From assembly GCA_051362555.1 (NCBI GenBank), contig CM120646.1, positions 19,282,001 to 19,346,000 on the forward strand: DNA of 64,000 bases, written 5' to 3'. Position numbers and translations under genes: made by a program. This document shows, piece after piece, positions 54,739 to 64,000 of the stretch (its first letter is position 1; the number at the start of each line of letters is the position of its first letter). The notes below the pieces were generated by a model that did no database searches, was not told the DNA's origin, and saw nothing but the letters and a program-made list of their open reading frames with translations. The DNA comes from Lingula anatina. Taxonomy: Eukaryota; Animalia; Brachiopoda.

Positions 54739-56127
54739 CACACACTGGACAAAAGAAGTGTCACCCCCTACCTCAGAGTAATAAAAGTAGGCAGATCTTG
54801 GGTACTTATAATGCCTGGTCTACTTATAATGTGACTAATGGGTATAAAATCGCTATACCATGGAATTGTATTGTTGGTCTTGTACATGTACAGTAAATGT
54901 TATTCCTGTCTTCCTCCAATATGGCAAGATACAGGCAATTATCTAACGGTTATAGGTGCAAGTTATAAACCTGAAGAGGCGGAATATAAGCAATGTCAGA
55001 ATATCGATACAATTGAATTGTTCAGTCAGAACCGTGCAGAGGGTCTGGTCTCGGTATAGAAACACTGGATCAAGAGACAAATTGCCTCTGATGGGTCGTC
55101 CAAGAAAAAAATACTGGCCGTGAAGACCGACGACTGATTTTGATGCCCAGGTTGTCAAAGTTCGACACTGCTTGTCAGTTGACAACACAGTGGAACAATT
55201 TCACACATAAGAATGTGTCTGTGAAAATTGCTAGGCGTCGGTTACATGCTCTGAGAGTGTACAGCAGGGTAGAAAGACTGAAACCTCTTATATCGTTACA
55301 AAACATGCAATGTAGAGTAAACTAGGGTCAACAGGATCTGGAACTGGACAGTTCATGACAATTGGTCCTATATATTTTTTTCTGATGAGTGTCGCTTTGG
55401 TCTGACCTCTGATGACAGACGGGTACTATGCTGGCAAACTGCTGGTAAAGCATTTGAACCACATGCACTGAATTTTCGAACCCGGAGCAGCATATTCATC
55501 ATGGTGTGGGACTGCATCAGCATCCATGGCTTGGGCGAATTGATAGTGGTTAATGGAAACATGAATCACTAGAAATATATCGATGTTTTGGATTCAGGCT
55601 TGCTACCATCTATTACTAACATGTTTGGTGACAGGAATTATCCATTTGTTCACCAGGATGACAATGCTCCTTGTCACAGGCCCAGAGCAGTTGATGATTG
55701 GTTTGACCAACAGGACATTCGCAGGGTGATGTGGCCTGCCCAGAGTCCGGATGCAAACATAATAGAAAATGTGTGGAATGATATGTCAAAACTTTTCACA
55801 AATGCCCGTCTAACCAGCAGAGAAACTCTGTTATATTCAGTGTTTCATGCTTGGGCCAGCATAAGCCCTGAACGCATCAGACAATTATATGAAGCCTTGC
55901 TTCGTAGACTGGCACCTATTATTAGGTCACGTGGCTATGCCACTAAGTACTAATTTTGGACTTGAAACTGCATATTTTGGTAGAATGTATATTTTGTTCG
56001 CATTTTGTGATTTTTTTGTGAAATTTGATGTTAATAAAATGATACCAGGAGCATATCATTCCACAGTCATTTATCTCCCCCATTGTATTGGCTCAGTAGG
56101 GGTGACACTTCTTTTGTCCAGTGTGTG
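54739..56127 (+). mobile_element. Tc1-family (DD34E) DNA transposon, decayed and non-autonomous
   Basis: TA target duplication at 54737-54738 and 56128-56129; ~30 bp TIRs CACACACTGGACAAAAGAAGTGTCACCCC; transposase remnants FSDECRF, MVWDCIS, HQDDNAPCH, WPAQSPDANIIE with 34 residues between D and E. Confidence 0.93.
55091..55953 (+). pseudogene. Tc1 transposase pseudogene
   Basis: GRPRK-like linker near 55093, a frameshift/stop near 55322, in-frame TAG near 55569, and an intact C-terminal end RGYATKY*. Confidence 0.85.
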
Positions 56128-56732
56128 TATGGTAGACATATAGTAGGCCTATCTTATGTTCAAAACGGTGTCCAAAAAATTAAGTGTACATGTAGGTTAT
56201 AGTAATTAATCCATGCATAACTGAATAAATACATGTACATGTATGACAGAAGATAAGAGTTTATACAACGAAATTGCATTTACACAGACACAATGCGTAA
56301 ATTTTAGCTGTTAACAATAACATAGGGCACGCATCGCTGTATTGTTTCGACTGCCAAAACAGTGCTTTAAAGTAAGAGAGAAATCAATGTATCCGTAGTT
56401 TAGTGTCGTTATCATATGGAAATTAATGACTTCCATTAGTTCCTTTATATTGTGCACATTTTGAGATTTTCACTCACCTTCCTGAAAGACCGCCATTGTT
56501 TTACTATTTTTTTCAATGTTTGGCTTCTTTCTTCATCCTAGTGAAAAGAGCACGACTGTGTAAGTTTCGAAGATAGAACATGAAGACAGAACTCAAAGCA
56601 GGCCATGCTTGTAAAAAGTGTGCATCTTCTGTGTTGATGGGATTAACATTTTAAAATATTTAAGCTTTGACACATACCATCTTTTTGGTTGGACGAGTAG
56701 CCGCATATCAATATCCAACTTACAGTAAGACT

Positions 56733-57357
56733 GGGTTCCAATATCTAGATCGATCCATCTGGATCGGTGTACCTCCCTGGAGAGTCTCACTAAATTGCTA
56801 TCAACTTAATCGGCTTAATTATCTGTCACGCCTACCGAATCAGCTATAGGGTAAAGATAATTACCCCCTTACAGCGTTACTAGGCATGACAGACAGCCGG
56901 TTAAGTTGACAGCAATTTTGTGTAACTGCACAGGGAGATAGATCGATCCAAATATCTGTGGGAATGGTCCCTCACTTGTTTATAACTGTAAAAAGCACAA
57001 AAGACGGTATCCCTTCAGTCGTTAGTTCCCTGTTTGCAAAGAAAGCCACTTACAGGCTGCTTAAGAGAACGATTTCTAAGGTTTTAGCTTAAGCAGACGA
57101 TTTAAAGGGTTCAATGAAATATTTGACTAACACCCCATTTCCATAGATTTTTAGATCGATCTCTCCCTGTGTGGAGTCTCACTAGATTACTGTCAGCTTG
57201 GCCGGCTTAAGCGTCTGTCCCGCCCACTAAAAGCTGTAAGGGGGTAATTAACTATGGTGCCCGCTCCGCTGACTGCAATTTAGCGTGAACCCCCAGGGAG
57301 TTAGGTCGATCTAAAACTTAATCTTTAGATCGATCTAAATCTCTGGGAAAGCACCCT
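56733..57357. mobile_element. Two related palindromic MITE-like copies in inverted orientation (~56733-56971 and ~57131-57357)
   Basis: 56858-56970 (TAATTACCCCCTTACAGC...CACAGGGAGATAGATCGATC) is the approximate reverse complement of 57134-57250 (TAGATCGATCTCTCCCTGTG...GCTGTAAGGGGGTAATTA); TAGATCGATC palindromes recur. Confidence 0.65.
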
Positions 57358-58622
57358 TAAAGTGTATGTGTCACATGGACCATCCCAGAGTCTGGGCACG
57401 TGATGACAGCCTGCCTCCCCAAACAACTCTTCTGTCACGCACATCAGTGGCCTAGTTAGATAGCGCTAGACCTTTAAAACCTTTATGAAGGAAATTTGTC
57501 GAATTAAGAACAGGTGTTAATGTGTCGGCGGCACTCTTGTCCAGGTATATTGACGTTATCAATATAATAGGTGTTTAAGTTAAAGTAGGCGAATTTTAAG
57601 TGAGAAGTAACGGTATTTATTTGCTACAACGTTTAGGTATATTTCACTTTAAGACCAACGCCAACTTTACATCTAAAAGTACACTGTTCGCGTTTGAAAC
57701 TTCCCCAAAGATATATCTTATATGTCTACAAAGCTATGTTTATTTAGAATGAAGACTTTAAAAAATTCCTCCAACAGACGTACCTGATGTCAATTTCCTT
57801 CTGAAATCTACAAGAAGACAGCAGTCCAAATGGTGGACTCTGGGAAATACAGAGTTCCAAATCGTTTTATTAAAATAGTATAGCACATCGAATACCAATG
57901 TCGGGAAGAGCAATGGATCCCGAGTAGGTGAAATGACTTTGTTAAGGAAAAATTCGATTTCTTTTGAAAATTCTTAATAGAAAAGCTTTAAAATCCATTC
58001 AAATTGCTGTATTTAAATGGCGATTAAGATTGATTTTAGTTAAATGTTTAGCAGGCTGATATCCTGCACAACTTTTTGTGATATAGTTTGATAGTGGTAT
58101 TTATTTATTATAACACAACACTGGGCTCAGTATTTTGGCTATATTATTTCTTTATTTATTTACTTATATATTTATTATTATAATGTTTTTTTGCAAAGCA
58201 AGGTGTGGTAAATATAAAATAGTAGACAAATGCAATTTTCCTGGAACATACAGGGGACACATGGATAAAAAATCTACTAAGTTGTGACTCGTTTCGCTAG
58301 TTTTTCATAAAAGGCCGCTCTCTTTACATTAAAACCGCACATTTCACCTTCATAATCCTTTATCTACTGGGCAAGTTTGATGCTGTATGTGGGTCAACGG
58401 AAGCCAACGCAAAACAGCCAGCAAAGTAATTATGTAACGCGTGCCATGATAGCTGCGTGCGAAGAACCCATACGGGTTACAGAATAAGGACCTCACTTGC
58501 GCTGTGGATTTTGAAATAACCTTTAAGCTGTGCGAAAAAAGTTGCTTTACTTATGCATTTAATGACCGCCAGTGATCCGGGTGTACCAGTCTTCTAAAAA
58601 CTGCTCCACATTTCGCTCCCAT

Positions 58623-58768
58623 ATGGCTACAGTCGCGGAGACATGGTTTTCTGTACTCGGACTACTTGTGCTGGTACTGTGTATCCTTGTGGCTCATCTT
58701 AAATCTGGAAGAAAAAGATGGCGTCTTCCTCCAGCACCTCCAGGTTTACCTTTCCTTGGGAATATATT

Positions 58769-58807
<39 letters not shown>

Positions 58808-61800
58808 GATGTTTAAGTTGCTGTTTTATATTATCATGCCTAGATTTGTTAAAGTCTGTTCCCCAACAGAACAAATGTATATAATAATAATATTTCCCTT
58901 GTGATTCTCTTTATATTACAGAACTTAATAGAGACCAAAAGACGTTCATTCTATTACATAAATGGAGCAAGATATACGGAGATATTTTCAGGTTGCAAAT
59001 AGGTGAGATGCAGAATCTTAAATCGTATAGAAATGCATTCGATGAAAACTGTTTATCTAAAACTGTAGAGGGCCTACTAATCAATCGCTTTCTTTAATCA
59101 AATTGTTTGGCAAATTGACTCTAGCAAATTTCTAGTTCGCCATAACTTGCACCCCGCAGCAGTGACATATGTGGAGCAACATTCTGTGAGTACCAGAGTG
59201 TCTTATGCCACTCATCCTTTTTGGAGTTGCAAACAGGAGGGATGGGGGTACGAAACAATAGTGGACCTAGTGCCCCCCCCCTCTTGAATCTGAAGGATCC
59301 CCTCCTCCCCTCCTCCGAGAGGAATGAGACTGTACTTAGCAATTAAGCGGAGCGAAGGAAAATGTATCGTCCATGTCGGCCCACCCTTGAAAAACTCCCA
59401 CCCAGAGTCGCCCGTCCGTTTGTATATTTTTCAAACGCAATTGCAATTCATAGGTGTTGAACTTAACAGAGTTTTATGTCGTTTTATGTATTTATTATCG
59501 CAGGGAGCATGAACGCTGTTGTTCTGAGCAGTTATGATGTGGTGAAAGAAGCTCTGTTGGAAAAACCGGCACATTTTGCAGATCGCCCTGACACGTTAAC
59601 AGGTATGCAGCACAGTGCGAGATGATGTTGTCCACTGATTGGAAATAATTCTTGATTGATTCTTCTAGGCTATCACTTATATGTTAAAGGCGTATTCCAA
59701 CAGTAAAAGAGCATGTTACAAGTAACATGGAAAATAACAAACTTCCATTGTTTTCACCTCTCATAGACCTCCTCCCAAGCACCTAGTGTTACATTTGTTT
59801 CCTACGTACGCGCCTGTCTTTATTTTTCAACAATTGAAAAAAACTGGCGAACAAACAAATTTGATTTCTTGCTGTCTTTATTCTCGAGGTGCTATTACGT
59901 CTGAGGGTGGTCAGGACATCACTTTTTCCAACACAGGTCCAACATGGAAACTTCATCGTAAGATTGCCAACTCTTGTCTCAGGTGAGTGACGTAACGGCG
60001 GAAGTGGTAGGAGGTGGCCCGAATACTGGTACCTTTACCAAAATTGATTCGAAATTCGAAATACGATATCACAGCAAAAAATCAATTGTGACTTTTATTT
60101 TTTAATATGCAAAAACCTTGGCCAGTTTTAGCAGGGCTGTTTAATTTTCTTTAAAAAGTTTATTTAATGAATAATTATTTATGAAATTTGAATAATTATT
60201 TCACTGCGTAATGTTGGTCAGTATTATCAAATACTGACCCCCCAACTGACTCTCCCCAATCATCTATTTGTCAATCTGATAACTGCCCCCCTCCCCCCAT
60301 TTCGTACTGACTCCCCCTCCACTGAACTGTCATTATCACACGTCGTAGGAGTGTCTGAGATGCCAGTATTATATGGTAAATTTGTTACACTGTTTGATTT
60401 TTCAGGATCTGATATCACACCGGTCCGTGAAAATATTCAGTTTAACATGACATGCATGTCAATACCCCATCGGCCTGTTGTCCCCAACTCCAACTCTCGC
60501 TGATGTGTATTGGATGTTTTGCCTATTTGCCCATATTTTGTTGATGCATTTATTTTACTATAAATTCTGTATTTTGATCAGGAATTTTATAACTGGTCAA
60601 AACCTCGAGGAAATTGTTAGAGACCGAACCCTACAGATGCTGGATATCATGGGGGAGGAAAATGCTGCCTTTGACCCGTCAACGCATATAAAACTTGGAG
60701 TCTACAATATCGTATGTGGAATGTGCTTTAATCAGCGGTACGTTTGACCTATCATAATTTCAAAAACTGGGCATACGGAATATCATATGCGAAAAATGCT
60801 ATTGTCTATAGTAAGTGGTAAGTTGGTAATTTTTGTGAGAAATAAAAATAAATTAAAAAATTCCATTAGCAGAATTAGAAAAAGCAATTTGTTTATGTTC
60901 TTTACATCTTTTCAGTACGGTTAAGTATCTTTCATATCCCGTAGGCCATATATGAACGGGAGCCTTTCATCTTTTTTTCAGTTGCCTTTTTAGTTACAAA
61001 TTTGATTGTTCTTTTTTATTAAATGCATAAAGACACACATACACCCTTACATAAATCCTAACAATACATACGGCAGTATAACCTTTGTTAAAAATTGTCG
61101 ATTTTTTTCATAGTTACACGTTTGACGACCCGGAATTCAAAGAGTTGGAAAACACTTCTGAACAATTCGTAGATATATTCGGTCGTGGTTTACCTGAAGA
61201 TTACTTTCCATTTTTGAAGTATATTCCTTCCAAAGCGTCAAAGGACCTAAGGCACGCTGTCCAAAGCTACTTGAATATCATTGAAAAACATTGGCACCAA
61301 CACAACTCGACATATGTTGAAGGCAAGTTGGTGAATTGTGAACGCCCTAGTGAATGACGAACGCCAGAAATATTTAGTACATTCTATCAGACTGTGTAGA
61401 TATATTTACCCTCTTCACTTTATTAAAGCATTTTAAGTGTTCACGCGCACACACAGACACACACATTTTACTCTGTTTCTTAAGCCAACAGCCAATATCA
61501 TACTCCTTGTCTTGACTACGTTGCTTAGATGGTCTTCAATTTTCTTTTCCTCGTTTTCCTGTCTTGTTTTTAAAAATCATATCCAGTACCTCAATATAAT
61601 TTAAGGTAATCAGAGGGATATAATGGACCTCGTCATTGAAATTCAAAGGGAGGCCAAGAAGAAAGACGATAGTGATATCTTGGAGGCGTTCACAGACACA
61701 AGAGTTATTCAAACAATATTCAACCTCTTAGAAGGTGGGCGTTCCACCAATGGCATTGCTTTAAGAAAATTAATGTTTGAGTCTAATATAAATGCTGGAC

Positions 61801-63131
61801 CCTTTGTTAAATTTAATTCTAGAGTAGTAAATCCAATGTGTCGAAGCGAGCCAGTGTGGGGAAATGTCCTGATTTAGGATAATCTATTTTGGTTGACTGT
61901 AATCTACCTAATTTACCGATAGGTGGCATCAATGTCATTTCGCTGCAGACGTTGTGGCTGATCCTCCACCTAGCACTCCACCAAAAGGCGCAGGAAAATA
62001 TTTACAAGGAAATACAGGAAGTTTTAGGTGAGAAAAACGTGGTTCTCATTTGGATATCAAAATTATGAAATATTTGGGCAGTCTTATTTTCGACTGCAAA
62101 ATTCATTGTTGAACATACGATCATACGTATTTATAATTAGATTGTTTTAAGTTTGCTGATTATGCCTATTATATTCTTATTGTTTTAACATTGACATATT
62201 TTATACCTATAAAAACATCAGGCAAACAACTAAAACTTTTCTTCTTTCTAAATATATATACATACAGGTACTGCTGTACCTTGTGGAACACATCGCCACT
62301 CCATGCCGTATACAGAGGCTGCGCTATCGGAGTCACTACGTCATGGTACCATGCCTGCTCTAGGGCTCCCACATACAGCTACACGCGATTCCACTCTGGG
62401 TAATTTTTACATATATATCTCTTTTATTATCGTGCGTGTATGTGCGTGTTTGTGTGTGTGTGTGCGTGTAGAGAAACGCCTTTAAAATTGGATATCTTGT
62501 GACATTAGATTATAATTGTCAACGATAAACACGTCATTGAGGATTTGTTTGAATGAGGCCAAAGGGTACGAGCTAAATCACTAACTTGCTATGTTTATGT
62601 TTTAAATGTAATGTTTTCTTAAATTCCCATATTTTAAGGTGGTTTTGACATTCCGAAGGGCACCACTATAATCATAAACCAGTGGAGTCTTCATCGCGAC
62701 CAACGACACTGGGTGGACCCCGAAACCTTCAGGCCAGAGAGGTTTCTGAATGCGGACGGAAAGTTCCTGCCAAAACCACCGGGGTTTTTACCTTTCTCCA
62801 CAGGAACAAGGGTAATGCTGCAGATAGGCTTTATTTTTACAATAATACCACCTGAGAATAAGAAGTTGTTGCGCCTGATCTAAAAGACATCATAAATGTT
62901 TGTCCTGAAGTGTTTATATAAGTACTTGATATTGTTTTGAATTCATTCCACCTTCTCCAGTCGTGTATCGGCGAGCCAATGACGAGGCTGACCATGTTCT
63001 TGCAGCTGGTGATGTTATTACAGCGGTTCCAGATACTGCCGCCCCCTGGCGAGAGTCTTACCCTGGAGCCAGCAGACAGTGGGATTGTGTCCATGCCAAA
63101 ACCTTATAAAATAGTTGTGAAAAGAAGATGA
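58623..63131 (+). CDS. Cytochrome P450, clan 2 (CYP17/CYP1-like), 498 aa; exons 58623-58770, 58922-59002, 59504-59602, 59889-59982, 60582-60737, 61114-61322, 61606-61734, 61923-62027, 62268-62399, 62639-62811, 62961-63131
   Basis: N-terminal TM anchor plus PPAPPGLPFLGN hinge, YGDIF, FADRP, C-helix WKLHRK, K-helix ESLR, PERF, heme motif FSTGTRSCIG. The frame is continuous. Intron 6 uses a GC donor (GCAAGT) and intron 1 a non-consensus donor (GTCTCT). Confidence 0.92.
58773..58804. repeat. (CT)16 microsatellite immediately after the GT of CYP intron 1
   Basis: Directly visible. Confidence 0.95.
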
Positions 63132-64000
63132 CATTAGTTACAACGTGAAAATATTAATCAAAAAACGTCTAATGGGCCCGTTGGAAGATTTATTGCTCCG
63201 TTTACAAGAAGCGTTCGAGACGTACTTTTCTGCATAAATTTATTTGAAAAATTGGATAATTTTCATAGAAGTAAAAAAATAATTTATGAAAACAAATGTA
63301 TGGCTTTTGATCAAGTAAACTACAGGAAATACCAAACTGGATGGTTTGTAGAAATGTTGACTGTTCAGCACGCTCAAAGAAAGACTCCATTGGAAAAGTG
63401 ATTTCGAGCGCATCATACTTTATTCAAAAGGTTGACACTAAAGCGACCTGCCAGTATATTAGGACAGCACTTTGGTTTTCTGTTATTGAATTTTTAAGGA
63501 AATCATTGTGAAAGAAAAGCTAAAAAAAAAACCGTTTCAGAAAAAACATAGGCTTGATCACCCACAGTATTTGACTACTGATTGTGACTGATGTGTGCCC
63601 TTTTTATCTTTTGTTTCTCAGGTGAAATAAAGATCCAACGTTCGTTTATCAAGACGCTTGTTATGTGTGCACTTAAATTATCTAGAAGTGGCTTTCTTTA
63701 ATAGATATATACATATATTTTATGAAACTATTTTCGGACAAGGACACATGCCAATTCCCAATATTGAAAGATGTCATGTACACGTATTTTGACTTTCTTA
63801 CTGACAATATTTTATCATACCTTCCCCATTTGTCTTGACTATGGGAAAATAATTGTGAAAGGTCGTTGTAAACAAGTGCGGTTGAATGCATGTATGTATT
63901 TAAAGTTAATGCTTGTTTAGTATTCTGATATAAGTCTGTTTGGTTTGGCAACGAACCAACAGTGAGACAAAAACCGGTTCATGAAATACATGATAGATAA

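Overview
AT-rich, intron-containing animal genomic DNA, most consistent with a lophotrochozoan such as a mollusc (inferred). I reconstructed five spliced genes by hand from splice sites and reading frame. (1) ZEB/zfh1 zinc-finger homeobox gene (+): coding exons 18683-23457, first exon not identified, preceded by at least 18 kb of non-coding DNA and followed by a ~4.7 kb 3'UTR. (2) Abl-interactor ABI (-, 46394-31191), convergent with ZEB. (3) MLX bHLH-ZIP (+, 46623-50517), head-to-head with ABI. (4) A secreted mytilectin-like beta-trefoil lectin fused to an aerolysin-like pore-forming tail (-, 54171-52883). (5) An 11-exon clan-2 cytochrome P450 (+, 58623-63131). The window also holds a decayed DD34E Tc1 transposon, several MITE- or Helentron-like repeats and minisatellites. 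The most striking structure is largely invisible to the ORF track: 13 tandem, frame-symmetric (phase 1-1) micro-exons of 27-66 nt inside one 9 kb ABI interval. They encode related proline-rich/acidic modules that could be spliced combinatorially. Other highlights are a minisatellite that multiplies an ABI splice donor, clustered miR-8/200 and miR-96 seed sites in the ZEB 3'UTR, dense ZEB-type binding motifs upstream of ZEB, and a P450 lacking the I-helix acid-alcohol pair. All exon calls are sequence-based predictions without transcript evidence.
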